A stretch of DNA of 32,000 nt from Acaryochloris thomasi RCC1774 (GTDB lineage: Bacteria > Cyanobacteriota > Cyanobacteriia > Thermosynechococcales > Thermosynechococcaceae), in assembly GCF_003231495.1 (NCBI RefSeq), contig NZ_PQWO01000010.1:120001-152000 (forward strand), read 5' to 3'. A program made the translations under genes and the position numbers. Below the pieces are notes generated by a model. The model saw only the letters and a program-made list of their open reading frames with translations. It was not told where the DNA came from and did not search any database. Positions 17,779 through 26,934 of the stretch are shown one piece after another (position 1 is the first letter of the stretch; each line of letters starts with the position of its first letter).

Positions 17779-18360
17779 TTACCAAGCAGAGTGAAACCGA
17801 AAGTTATCGTAGAAATGGAGCCGCCCAAACCCGAGAAACTGTCCCTGACTTTTCTCTCCTGCTGGGAACGCCGTCACCCCAAATAAATAGACACCATCGG
17901 TGTAGGGATTCCGGCGCGGACGCAGACCCACCACCAACGTCTCACCCGGCGCAATGGGTGGATCGAACCAAACTGAGACCCTCCCCTGCTCATCAATCTG
18001 AACATCGCTGGGGATCACAGGCTGCCGCCGCCGCTGGTCGGCAAATGCCCGTGTTCGTTGGGGCAAAAATTTAACTCGATTTAGCCCTTCCCGCTGCTCA
18101 AACATAACCCGCTGCAGCGGTTCGCCTGCATCATCAGGAACACTGAGCGTGAAGTAGTAGGTAGCTCCAAAGTCACCTGCATCTTTATTCGTGGTGCGGG
18201 CCTGCAACAGACGCGGAACCCCAACAAAATGCACCGTACCGTCAGCCAGTTGGACAGCCTGTGTCGCAGAGGGAACAAACGCCGCCAGACTCGCCACCAA
18301 ACTCCCGAAAATTCTTGCCTTTACAGCCATAGCAACCCCGCTTTTGACTTCCGTCGTCAT
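17779..18360 (-). CDS. DUF2808-family secreted protein
   Basis: The motifs are VWFDPPIAPGETLVVGLRPRRNPYTDGVYLFGVTAFPAGEKSQGQFLGFGRLHFY. The likely start is ATG 18360 (MTTEVKS...), which gives a signal peptide ending in ATQA. The track ORF extends to 18477. Confidence 0.7.
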   Translation of the reverse strand: MTTEVKSGVAMAVKARIFGSLVASLAAFVPSATQAVQLADGTVHFVGVPRLLQARTTNKDAGDFGATYYFTLSVPDDAGEPLQRVMFEQREGLNRVKFLPQRTRAFADQRRRQPVIPSDVQIDEQGRVSVWFDPPIAPGETLVVGLRPRRNPYTDGVYLFGVTAFPAGEKSQGQFLGFGRLHFYDNFRFHSAW

Positions 18361-18564
18361 TCTTACTTTTCTCCATCCTAACCATTGAGAATCTTGATGG
18401 CCGCCGCTTAGAAGCATCAACGATCTCTGACAAAATCGACAATTCCCGGTTCTGTTGCCAGAATAGAGACGATCCAAGTTACAGTGAATTCACTGTTGAG
18501 GCGAGCAACCCGGCACGCATGTGGCCAGCTTTTGCACCCAGAACTACATAGATATACCTAGATC

Positions 18565-18921
18565 ATGTCAGATTCCCCTACTCGCAGTCCCCTGGCAACG
18601 CTGCTCACCCAGCTCACCGCAACAAATCAAGAGCTATCTCAGTCCCTAGCTCGCCTAGCCCAGACAACAGAGCGTTTATCCCAGAACCTAGATTGGGTCG
18701 ACGGTCGCATCACAATCCTTGATGAAGATCAGCATCGTTTGGCCGAGCCTGAAGCCACGCTGACTCAGGCCATTCAAGAAGCAGGTCCCGATTTGATGGC
18801 AACCCTAATGATGCAGCGCTCTCAGCTGCAGCTGCAGTCTCGGTCCTTAAGCCACAATTTTCAGCAAGATTGGCTCCAACATGGCTCCCGTAAAGGCCAG
18901 CCCAAGCCTCAATCAGACTAG
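18565..18921 (+). CDS. Hypothetical coiled-coil protein (118 aa)
   Basis: The sequence is Leu/Gln-rich with a heptad pattern and lies directly upstream of the GGCT-like gene. Confidence 0.5.
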   Translation: MSDSPTRSPLATLLTQLTATNQELSQSLARLAQTTERLSQNLDWVDGRITILDEDQHRLAEPEATLTQAIQEAGPDLMATLMMQRSQLQLQSRSLSHNFQQDWLQHGSRKGQPKPQSD

Positions 18922-18929
18922 CCTCAACC

Positions 18930-19427
18930 GTGCTCTATTTCGCCTATGGCTCTAACATGCTGACGGCACGGCTGCAGCAGCGTGTTCCTTCCGCCACAGC
19001 CGTGACAAGCGGCCACATTGAGCGACAGCATCTTGTCTTCAATAAGCTGGGCAAAGACGGCTCCGGTAAAGCCAATATTGAACCTCACCCCCACCAGCGC
19101 GTGTACGGCGTAGTCTATCGGATGGATCCTTGTGAGCTGGGGCCACTGGATCAAGCCGAAAGTCTCGGCGTTGGCTATGAACACCACCGAGTCACTGTTC
19201 AATCGGCTCTGGGAGAACAAGAAATATTGACCTATCGCGCAATCAAGCTGGCCACAGGGCTAAAGCCCTACAGATGGTATCTGGACTTGATGCTCTCCGG
19301 TGCGATGACCCATGGACTTCCCCCCGACTATATTGCGGCCTTGGCCACCTGCCCAGCAGCTTTAGATCCTGATTCTGAGCGTCGACGACGACACCACTCT
19401 CTCTTAAATATGAGCATCACAGCATGA
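18930..19427 (+). CDS. Gamma-glutamylcyclotransferase-like (AIG2/GGACT fold) protein
   Basis: The N-terminus LYFAYGSNMLTARLQQR carries the YGSxM signature. The segment VYGVVYRMD is present. The start is GTG. Confidence 0.78.
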   Translation: MLYFAYGSNMLTARLQQRVPSATAVTSGHIERQHLVFNKLGKDGSGKANIEPHPHQRVYGVVYRMDPCELGPLDQAESLGVGYEHHRVTVQSALGEQEILTYRAIKLATGLKPYRWYLDLMLSGAMTHGLPPDYIAALATCPAALDPDSERRRRHHSLLNMSITA

Positions 19428-19807
19428 CTGAACTCCCTCAAAATCACATTGAGCGCGTTGACCTAACCCTAGAGGTTGTGACCCAGGCACAACTCGAGTT
19501 TGCGACGTCTTTACGGAAGCTGACGCAGCGTATAGAAGGCGTAACCGGGCAAATGGACCGGATGGTCGGGCAGGTCGATCAGGTGATCACTCATGTCGGG
19601 ACTCTTGCCGACTCACAGCGAACGTTGATCGAGAACCAAAGAGCATTACTTGAAAGCCAGCAATCTTTAGCGACCAGTATGGGACAGCTTGCAAGCACGG
19701 TTATCCCTCGACTGCAGGAAAATCAAGCATCAACAGGGGCCGCCATTGAGCGCCTTGATCGCATTCTGGACTATCTACTGCGCCACGATTCTGTCTGTGA
19801 AGAGTAG
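19424..19807 (+). CDS. Hypothetical coiled-coil protein (127 aa)
   Basis: Its start overlaps the GGCT stop in ATGA (19424-19427). It has long heptad-like Q/L/V repeats. Confidence 0.55.
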   Translation: MTELPQNHIERVDLTLEVVTQAQLEFATSLRKLTQRIEGVTGQMDRMVGQVDQVITHVGTLADSQRTLIENQRALLESQQSLATSMGQLASTVIPRLQENQASTGAAIERLDRILDYLLRHDSVCEE

Positions 19808-19814
19808 GCGATCT

Positions 19815-20096
19815 TCACGGATTCTGATTAACCTGCACCCACTCATGCAGATCATAGTCAACGCAGCCATGAACCACGAGGGGATCTTGCTTAACGAGAG
19901 ATTCCGCTGCTTGCCGGGAGTCAGCTTCAAACAACAGCATCCCCCCAGCGCTGTTGCGCCAGTATCCCGTTTGCGCCTGATGTCCTCGCTCCACTAGTGC
20001 CTGGACGTATTCAAGGTGAGCCGGTACATGACAATCAAAGGTTTGTTTATCGACAATTCCCCGCTCAATTTTGACGAACCAGGGCATAGGCTTCAC
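19815..20096 (-). CDS. YciI-like small protein
   Basis: The protein is 93 aa. Segments HLEYVQALVERGHQAQTGYW and LFEADSRQAAESLVKQDPLVVHG fit the YciI fold pattern. Confidence 0.65.
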   Translation of the reverse strand: MKPMPWFVKIERGIVDKQTFDCHVPAHLEYVQALVERGHQAQTGYWRNSAGGMLLFEADSRQAAESLVKQDPLVVHGCVDYDLHEWVQVNQNP

Positions 20097-20117
20097 TTAT
20101 AACGGCACTACTCTATC

Positions 20118-21293
20118 TTAGGACCGGCTGTCCCTCAGAAATTGGTCAATCTCCTGACGCCAAAGGTCTGGATCAACGGTCACCAGTAGCTGATGCCCTG
20201 CAGTCGGAAAGACAACGCGCTGTGTGGGTCCGCGAAACTGTTTCTGTAGCGCTTCAATCTCGGCAAGTGTTGTCCACGGATCTTGCTGCCCTTGAAGAAT
20301 GAGGCTTGGAGCGGTGATCTGCTTGGCGTAGGTAATTGGGTCATGGGTGAAGCCATTAAAGCCCTGCTGGATGCCGCCCCAGAACACTAATAGCTCAGCC
20401 ATCGGAGAAGTGGGCAGCGGAAACAGGGATAATCGACTTCTGATAGCCTGAGTCAAACGGCTAAAGGGTAGCTCCAGAATGATGGCAGCGGGTTGGACCT
20501 TGTGGGTTGCGATGACCTCCGGTCGGCCTGTCTCTGAGAAAGGAGCTTCACTAACGGCCATCGCCCGTAAAATGGCGGCAGTCCCCATCGATACGCCGTA
20601 TAAAATCAGCGGCTGCGGCAGATTGAGCTGCTGCGCCTGCTGTAGGGCTAGAGCAACATCTTCAGCCTCCCAAAAACCCACGCTCGTCTTGTAGCCGCTG
20701 GAGCCACCCGCCCCTCGAAAATCAACGAGCAAGCAACTGTAACCGAGGTCATGGAAAACCTGCGCAGGGGGTAGTAGCTGTCCTCCTTTGGTTCCATGAT
20801 TGCCGGGGAACAGTAAAACCGTTCCCTGAGGCTGTGGATTGGGAATCAGCCAAGTCTCTATCCATTCGGCTTTGTTAACGCGAATGCGATGCGAGGTATA
20901 GGCCAGTCCGAGATCGGTCGGTTGTCGAGAACTCTGAGGTTTGGGCCTGCCCAGCCCCCATTGCCCCGGCGTTGGAGAGTGGGTCAAGGCATAGGCTCCC
21001 GTAAAAGCCACCATGTTGAGGCCGATAAAAACAATGCAAACCACCCCGACAATCTGTTTCTTTGTGGGGCGACCGCAGAGCCAGCCACTCACCCCACAGA
21101 TCAGGCCACTGATCGCAAGAAAAACGCCAAACGGGCGCAGCGGCAGTTGCAAAATCGGGAACATGCCAAGCCAATAGCTGACCAGCGCTATCACAATGAG
21201 CGTCAACCAAAGAAGTAAGGCAATCTTCCCAGCTTTGATTAGCTGCCTGGACGGCAAGGATTTACGACGAGGCAACGGAACTGGAGACGGCAT
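20118..21293 (-). CDS. Membrane-anchored alpha/beta hydrolase
   Basis: There are three or four N-terminal TM helices. They are followed by LLFPGNHG, the nucleophile elbow GVSMG, and the C-terminal AGHQL. Confidence 0.75.
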   Translation of the reverse strand: MPSPVPLPRRKSLPSRQLIKAGKIALLLWLTLIVIALVSYWLGMFPILQLPLRPFGVFLAISGLICGVSGWLCGRPTKKQIVGVVCIVFIGLNMVAFTGAYALTHSPTPGQWGLGRPKPQSSRQPTDLGLAYTSHRIRVNKAEWIETWLIPNPQPQGTVLLFPGNHGTKGGQLLPPAQVFHDLGYSCLLVDFRGAGGSSGYKTSVGFWEAEDVALALQQAQQLNLPQPLILYGVSMGTAAILRAMAVSEAPFSETGRPEVIATHKVQPAAIILELPFSRLTQAIRSRLSLFPLPTSPMAELLVFWGGIQQGFNGFTHDPITYAKQITAPSLILQGQQDPWTTLAEIEALQKQFRGPTQRVVFPTAGHQLLVTVDPDLWRQEIDQFLRDSRS

Positions 21294-21342
21294 GAAACGT
21301 AGTCAGGAGAATCTGAGAGCAGGTTAGCCTAACGAGAGAATG

Positions 21343-22269
21343 CTACAGATATTTTTTCAGCAGTGCCGCTAGCTTCTGTTTAGTAGCTTCTGGGATTTGA
21401 TCCATGGGCGTAAAAATGGCGCTCTTTAAGGCGCGATGGGCTTTAGAATCCGGCGGATTTTTGCTGAGTCGCTCCACGGTGGACTGGATGACGAGCTGAG
21501 CATTTTTAGCGTTGAGCTGCAGGTTGCCAATAATCATCTCAACGGTGACGCTGTCGTGTTCAGGGTGCCAGCAGTCGTAGTCGGTGACCAGCGCTAAGGT
21601 GGCATAGGCTATTTCGGCTTCACGGGCCAGCTTCGCTTCGGTGAGGTTGGTCATGCCGATCACAGTGCCGCCCCAGCTTCTGTAAAGGTTTGACTCTGCT
21701 TTGGTCGAGAAGGCGGGGCCTTCTATACAAATGTAGGTACCGCTGCGGTGCAGGGTGACGTCGGGGAGATTTAAAGATGCGATCGCATCTCCCAAAACCC
21801 CAGCTAGGGACGGACAAATCGGATCGCCAAACCCAATGTGAGCCACAATTCCATCACCGAAGAACGTCGCCTCTCGGTCCTTCGTGCGATCAATAAACTG
21901 ATCGGGCACCACCATATCCAGAGGTTTGGCTTCGGCCTGCAGAGAACCGACCGCCGAGGCCGACAGCAAATACTCAACCCCCAGACTCTTCATGGCGTAG
22001 ATATTGGCCCGAAAAGGTAGCTCAGAGGGCAGCAGATGGTGATTGCGGCCGTGGCGAGCGAGGAAGACAACGCGATGGCCGTCTAAGGTTCCCAGAATAA
22101 AGGCATCGGAGGGATCACCAAAGGGAGTTTCAATCTTAATTTCTTCAACATCAGTCAGCGCCTCCATTTTATAAAGGCCACTGCCGCCAATGATGCCAAT
22201 TTTTGCCTCGGGCATTGCTTCTATCAATTGCTGTAGGTCTTTTGTAGTGTACTGACTTCGTTGGGCCAT
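21343..22269 (-). CDS. mtnP: S-methyl-5'-thioadenosine phosphorylase
   Basis: The motifs are [19 protein letters not shown], and [30 protein letters not shown]. Confidence 0.9.
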   Translation of the reverse strand: MAQRSQYTTKDLQQLIEAMPEAKIGIIGGSGLYKMEALTDVEEIKIETPFGDPSDAFILGTLDGHRVVFLARHGRNHHLLPSELPFRANIYAMKSLGVEYLLSASAVGSLQAEAKPLDMVVPDQFIDRTKDREATFFGDGIVAHIGFGDPICPSLAGVLGDAIASLNLPDVTLHRSGTYICIEGPAFSTKAESNLYRSWGGTVIGMTNLTEAKLAREAEIAYATLALVTDYDCWHPEHDSVTVEMIIGNLQLNAKNAQLVIQSTVERLSKNPPDSKAHRALKSAIFTPMDQIPEATKQKLAALLKKYL

Positions 22270-22445
22270 GACAAAGGATTGCCGCTCACGCTGTTTCTAT
22301 TTGACGCGAAGCGTAGATTTATTGTGCCAATGGTCAATATTAAGAGCAAGCCACGATCGGAGCCGAGGGTAAACCCAGGCATTTGAATCGTCTCTGACAA
22401 AAGCCATACCGGTTTTGAAACCATCTTTTAGCTTTGGGAAGAATC

Positions 22446-22763
22446 ATGACCTCACTGAAAAAAACTGTTTTGGGTTGCTTGGGTGTTGCGATCGCATCTA
22501 GCCTAACGCTTGCCTATTCCCCTGCATCAGCACAATCGAAGCCCCAGCAAGAGAAGGCTGCAGCCCTGGGTGGCCCACTTACCCCCTCCAATCCGGCTCT
22601 CTTTCAGGCACAGGCTGAGCCAACAGACTCCAGCATCAAGCTAGAAGAGAAAGAAAAAGCGCTGCAGTCCGGCAATACTTCTATGGATTGGCAGTCAGAA
22701 CATTTAGACGAACAGCGTCAGTTTGACAGTAATTTTTCAATTATCAACGTCGATCTGAACTAG
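22446..22763 (+). CDS. Small secreted hypothetical protein
   Basis: The signal peptide is MTSLKKTVLGCLGVAIASSLTLAYSPASA. The ATG is at 22446. Confidence 0.5.
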   Translation: MTSLKKTVLGCLGVAIASSLTLAYSPASAQSKPQQEKAAALGGPLTPSNPALFQAQAEPTDSSIKLEEKEKALQSGNTSMDWQSEHLDEQRQFDSNFSIINVDLN

Positions 22764-22927
22764 CTCTGTATCAGTGTAAGCAGTCAAAACAAATGCGGGG
22801 CATCGATTATCAGCACGCTCCGCCGATTGCCCATTGAGCAAAAGTTTGCCCGTGGCTTCAAATAATCTTCCACTGTTAACCGCAAACAACCCTGCAGAAT
22901 AGCTTAGGCTAACTGAGCCTAATCCTT

Positions 22928-24391
22928 CTACTTAGCCTTAGATTTTTTTGGTTGCGATGGTTTATTTTTCACCTTTGGCTTTGCCGATGACCGCACCTTC
23001 TGATCTGACTGGGTTACTTTTTTGCGTTGCGCTTTGGGTTTTGTTGCTTTCGTTACTTTAGCTTTTGGCTTTGCTTGTTTCAGAGTATTTTGTGCCGGTT
23101 TGGTCTTAGTTCGGCGCTTCATGGTCGACTTTGTAGGCTGCCGCACGTTCTGAGCTGACTGGGTTGTTTTTTTGCGTTGCGCTTTTGGCTTTGTTGCTTT
23201 CGTTGCTTTAGCTTTTGGCTTTGCTTGTTGCGAAATATTTTGTGCCGGTTTGGCTTTAGCCCGGCGCTTCATGATCGGCTTTGCAAGTTGCTGACCGTTC
23301 TGAGCTGGCTGGGGCTCTTTTTTGCGTTGAGCCTTGGTTCTTGTTGTTTTCAGCGCTTTAGCTTTTGGCTTTGCTTGCCGCAGAATATTTCGCGCTGATT
23401 TAGCTTTGGTCCGGCGCTTCACGGTCGGCTTTGCTGTCTTTGCCGTTTTGCCTTTAGGCTTCTCTAGTTCAGTCTCGTTCATATCAAGACTAGGATAAGA
23501 ACGCATTGGTGTCCGGTAAGCATTCTTTGGGCGTACAAATCTGTGTCTTACCCATTGATGTCTAAGAGAAAGCCACAAATGTCTTTGTTGAAAGGATGGT
23601 TGCTGAACAACTTGGAGCCCCTCCTTATATCGAAAAATGGGAATCCCAAGATTAACCCATTGATCAGGAACACTCCCATCTTCGTTCGTTTCTTTGCGCC
23701 CATGAATAGCAATCACATGGCCATACCGATTGAAAACTGGGCCGCCACTCATGCCACTACGCGTAAAGTTGCTGTAGGCAACACTATATCCATCTCGTCC
23801 TGCTTTAGGAAAAAGGGTAGTAATTTTACCTGTCGTGATAAAAAATACAGGGTTTTGAATGTTGAGTCCAGGCGTTGGATAGCCAGCGACGTGAACTTCA
23901 TCAGCTTCTCGAACTTGCTCAAATTCACCTAAGGGAGCAACATCATAATTTTCGTCACTTTCGAACTGAAATCTTGCCAAGTCAAGACCTGGAAATCTTT
24001 GAACATTTTGGACTGGGTATTGAAACTCATCTTTAATTTTGACAGTAAATGGGGCATCACTCTCTAGTACATGAGCTGCCGTCAGAACTGCATATGTATT
24101 GCCTTTCTTCGCAATAATCACTCCAGAGGCAAAGTGCTCGGGATCCTGACTATTTTGAATGAAAGCTGTAGTATTTCTGGCAATTTCGTGAACTTCTTCT
24201 GCTCTTTTCTGGTCAATAGCTTCTTGGTTGGTTAGGTAAACTTTTTCTTCCTTAACCTTTTCCTTTTCTGTAACTTGACCAAAGGCTGGATAGTTGGTAG
24301 CAAAGGGCTGAACCAGGGTAACCATGGCTCCAGTTAACCCTGCCATCAATGTGTATAGAAATTTCATAAGCGCACTCATCGCTGAATACAT
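22928..24391 (-). CDS. Secreted trypsin-like (S1/S1C-type) serine protease with a long lysine-rich repeated C-terminal tail
   Basis: There is a hydrophobic N-terminus. LTAAHVL supplies the His and GMSGGPVF the Ser. The last ~190 aa are K/R/A/Q/P-rich with 50-aa periodicity. Confidence 0.8.
   Translation of the reverse strand: MYSAMSALMKFLYTLMAGLTGAMVTLVQPFATNYPAFGQVTEKEKVKEEKVYLTNQEAIDQKRAEEVHEIARNTTAFIQNSQDPEHFASGVIIAKKGNTYAVLTAAHVLESDAPFTVKIKDEFQYPVQNVQRFPGLDLARFQFESDENYDVAPLGEFEQVREADEVHVAGYPTPGLNIQNPVFFITTGKITTLFPKAGRDGYSVAYSNFTRSGMSGGPVFNRYGHVIAIHGRKETNEDGSVPDQWVNLGIPIFRYKEGLQVVQQPSFQQRHLWLSLRHQWVRHRFVRPKNAYRTPMRSYPSLDMNETELEKPKGKTAKTAKPTVKRRTKAKSARNILRQAKPKAKALKTTRTKAQRKKEPQPAQNGQQLAKPIMKRRAKAKPAQNISQQAKPKAKATKATKPKAQRKKTTQSAQNVRQPTKSTMKRRTKTKPAQNTLKQAKPKAKVTKATKPKAQRKKVTQSDQKVRSSAKPKVKNKPSQPKKSKAK
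23009..23458 (-). repeat. Three in-frame 150-bp tandem repeats encoding the polycationic tail
   Basis: Units start at 23009, 23159 and 23309 on the plus strand, each beginning ctgggtt/ctggggc. The encoded units are AKP.(V/M)KRR.KAK.A.NI..QAKPKAK..K.T..KAQRKK. Confidence 0.88.
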
Positions 24392-24543
24392 TACACAGAC
24401 ACAGTTCTACTGACGTAGAACCCTGTAAATATTAGTGCTACATATTACAAACCTGTAGTCCAGGTGAATAAATAGGGCCATCCCAAGAGTGGGTGCTCTA
24501 TTCCAATCTTAATCTGTGTCTGTTTCCGTGCGATCTAGATGGC

Positions 24544-25557
24544 TCAAACGCCAGCGTGACCCAGGGCTAAACCCGTCACCAACATTCCGAGGACGAGGAA
24601 AGGCTGGGCACTCGCTTGGTACTTGACATCGTTCTTGAGGGGATCGCGCAGAAAGTACATATCCTGGAAGGTGATTTGCGGAATCACCAGCAGGATTAAA
24701 ATTACGGCATAAATGTTTTCGTGAATGCTCATCAGGTACGCAGCCATTCCGAGCTGAAACACGTCGATCATAGAGACGCAGATCCAGGCAGCGGTGGTAA
24801 TTCCGAACATGACGGGGAGCGACTGCAGACCAAGCTGAGCATCACCCTCAACGCTCTTGAAGTCGTTGACGATCGCAATGCCTAAGCCCGCCAAGCTGTA
24901 GACCAGGGTCAGGATAATCACCTTGAGGCTTAGGTCACCAAATAGAGCTTGACCCGCCCACCAAGGTAGAGCAATGTAGCTTGCGCCTAGGGCATAGTTC
25001 CCGAGCCAGCCGTTCTGCTTCAGCTTTAGTGGTGGAGCAGAGTAGATGTAGGAGATAAAGGAACCACCAATGGCTAAGACCGTGATGGTAGGAAAGGTGT
25101 GACCGGCCCATTTGTCTAGGGTATATGCGATCGCAACTCCGGCAATCAGCAGCACCCAAATCTGCACAATCACGCGCGGTAGCGGAATCGCCCCCGAAGG
25201 AATCGGTCGATAGGGTTCATTAATAGCGTCAATCTCGCGGTCGTAGTAGTCATTAATAGTCTGGGTATAGCCCGTCAAACAGGGACCGGACATCACCATA
25301 CACAGCAGCGAAATCGCAACATATTCTGGCTTCCAGACAAAGTGACCGGATGATGCCGCACCACAGACAACGCCCCAAATCAGGGGCACCCAGGTAATCG
25401 GCTTCATCAACTGCAGATGAATCTTCCAGATATTGGTCTCACCTGCCGCACCCTTCATTCCGAGCAGTTGGCGAGCAGCGCTACCTTTCTCTTCCGCAGC
25501 GGGCGTGGCTTCGGTCGTCAGCTCTGATGCTGGAGTGGAAGAATCAGAATCAGCCAT
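24544..25557 (-). CDS. chlG: Chlorophyll a synthase (UbiA-family prenyltransferase)
   Basis: The motifs are LMKPITWVPLIWGVVCGAASSG and NDYYDREIDAINEPYRPIPSGAI, with multiple TM helices. The ATG is at 25557. Confidence 0.92.
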   Translation of the reverse strand: MADSDSSTPASELTTEATPAAEEKGSAARQLLGMKGAAGETNIWKIHLQLMKPITWVPLIWGVVCGAASSGHFVWKPEYVAISLLCMVMSGPCLTGYTQTINDYYDREIDAINEPYRPIPSGAIPLPRVIVQIWVLLIAGVAIAYTLDKWAGHTFPTITVLAIGGSFISYIYSAPPLKLKQNGWLGNYALGASYIALPWWAGQALFGDLSLKVIILTLVYSLAGLGIAIVNDFKSVEGDAQLGLQSLPVMFGITTAAWICVSMIDVFQLGMAAYLMSIHENIYAVILILLVIPQITFQDMYFLRDPLKNDVKYQASAQPFLVLGMLVTGLALGHAGV

Positions 25558-25741
25558 AGTCGTTTGTGATTTCAATAGGTGAACTCAGATCGGATGACCT
25601 GCGCCCTCATTCTGACAAGTTCTGGAAGATATTCCAAATCGTTGACGGCACCGAACGTCATCCATTGCCCATCACACACAACCATGAATTAAAATCTTTT
25701 CAGTCAGGCTTGCTGGCCTCATTGTGAAGCTGGGAAGGATC

Positions 25742-25957
25742 CTAAAAACCTCCAACCTCTATCACATCTCCCGGAGCGACTGTATTCAGTGCATTACAGG
25801 CGCCTGGAATCAAAGGAACTAGATCAGGAAGCCTATTGCTGGAGGCGACAAGGACAACAACGGCGACACCCGCTTGCTGCAAGTTTTGCTGATGACGTAA
25901 GTTCTGATCTGTGGTGAGCAGGATCGTGAACCCTTCTTGAGTCATCAATTTAAGCAA
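25742..25957 (-). pseudogene. DUF5615-type PIN-like toxin gene, apparently 5'-truncated or frameshifted
   Basis: Only the C-terminal ~70 aa are in frame (GFTILLTTDQNL...GVAVVVL). There is a TAA five codons upstream. A possible N-terminal remnant, FPITRSVRSLKWGGRV, lies in another frame across a T7/A7 run at 25965-25971. Confidence 0.45.
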
Positions 25958-26020
25958 TTCACCATTTTTTTACCCGACCACCCCATTTCAACGACCGTAC
26001 AGATCTCGTAATCGGAAAGT

Positions 26021-26242
26021 TTACGCTTCATTCGCATAGGCCATCAGCATTTCCTTCGCTAGTTCAAGGGCCGCGATCGCTTGCTCGCGGTTGACGCTTG
26101 GGAAGTGGTCTAAAAATTCATCTAGTGGATCGCCCGCTTCAAGATAATCTAGGAAAGTTTTGATCGGCACACGAGTCCCCACAAAGACAGGGGTGCCGCC
26201 CAGGATATCAGGATCGCTATGAATCACACGCGCTGCAGTCAT
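26021..26242 (-). CDS. DUF433-domain protein (antitoxin-like partner of DUF5615)
   Basis: The sequence is IHSDPDILGGTPVFVGTRVPIKTFLDYLEAGDPLDEFLDHFPSVNREQAIAALE. Confidence 0.8.
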   Translation of the reverse strand: MTAARVIHSDPDILGGTPVFVGTRVPIKTFLDYLEAGDPLDEFLDHFPSVNREQAIAALELAKEMLMAYANEA

Positions 26243-26433
26243 TATGTCTGCTCCACACTAAGATCTTTCTCTGATCGATAGGCAGTCAGAGGATTTTTTT
26301 GTATTTCTATATCAACTTGAGCTATCAATTCATCCAGAGTAATGTTCAACTCGTCAAACTGATGGCAGACTTTTTTTAGCGCGGATACAGTCTTATCTAT
26401 CTTTTTTGAATCAGGCAGAATCGGCTGTGTCAT
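26242..26433 (-). CDS. Hypothetical 63-aa protein, translationally coupled to the DUF433 gene
   Basis: Its stop overlaps the DUF433 start as TAATG at 26240-26244. I recognise no motif. Confidence 0.45.
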   Translation of the reverse strand: MTQPILPDSKKIDKTVSALKKVCHQFDELNITLDELIAQVDIEIQKNPLTAYRSEKDLSVEQT

Positions 26434-26553
26434 CAGGTGCTCCAGTCATTTCTTGCTTCTCTAATCGTAGCTTCACCAGCAGCAACCACAGCCTGAGCTT
26501 GATCTATATGAGTGGTGTGAGTCCAGGATTGGCAGTATCGCTATTTTTAGAAC

Positions 26554-26901
26554 TCACAATTCTGGCTGATAAGTTGCTGACGGCCATAAAGCGTTGATTT
26601 CATCTGCCTGATGCTGGGCGCTAAAACGCTCCCAAACAATGCCATTCACATCTGTCTCTTCACTAAATTCTGGTGCAGAGGCATCCTCCCAGCCCAAGTG
26701 CCGGAGTGCTCCAGGTGCATTGGCGTCATAGCGAATGGATATATTAAGCGACTCAGTTCTCCATAGGGCATATTCACCATTGATGACCGAACAGGGAGAA
26801 GCGCCAAAGCGTTTGCTGTAGTCTTTGACTGTTTCGTCTATCTTGTCTGTAGAAATAGCTAAGTGTAATTTCTTCAAAATTTCTTCTCTGCTCAGGCCCA
26901 T
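26554..26901 (-). CDS. VOC (glyoxalase/bleomycin-resistance fold) family protein
   Basis: The pattern is LHLAISTDKIDETVKDYSKRFG...ALRHLGWE. The likely start is ATG 26901, which avoids overlap with the divergent M50 gene. Confidence 0.55.
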   Translation of the reverse strand: MGLSREEILKKLHLAISTDKIDETVKDYSKRFGASPCSVINGEYALWRTESLNISIRYDANAPGALRHLGWEDASAPEFSEETDVNGIVWERFSAQHQADEINALWPSATYQPEL

Positions 26902-26934
26902 CCAAAATTTACAGTAGGCTACAGGAAGATAGCA

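Noticed and set aside
24404-24421. The palindrome GTTCTAC-N4-GTAGAAC as a LexA or Cheo box.
   Set aside because: The half-site order is GTTC...GAAC, the reverse of the Gram-positive GAAC-N4-GTTC box, and the spacing is wrong. It also does not match the cyanobacterial RGTAC-N3-DGTWC pattern.
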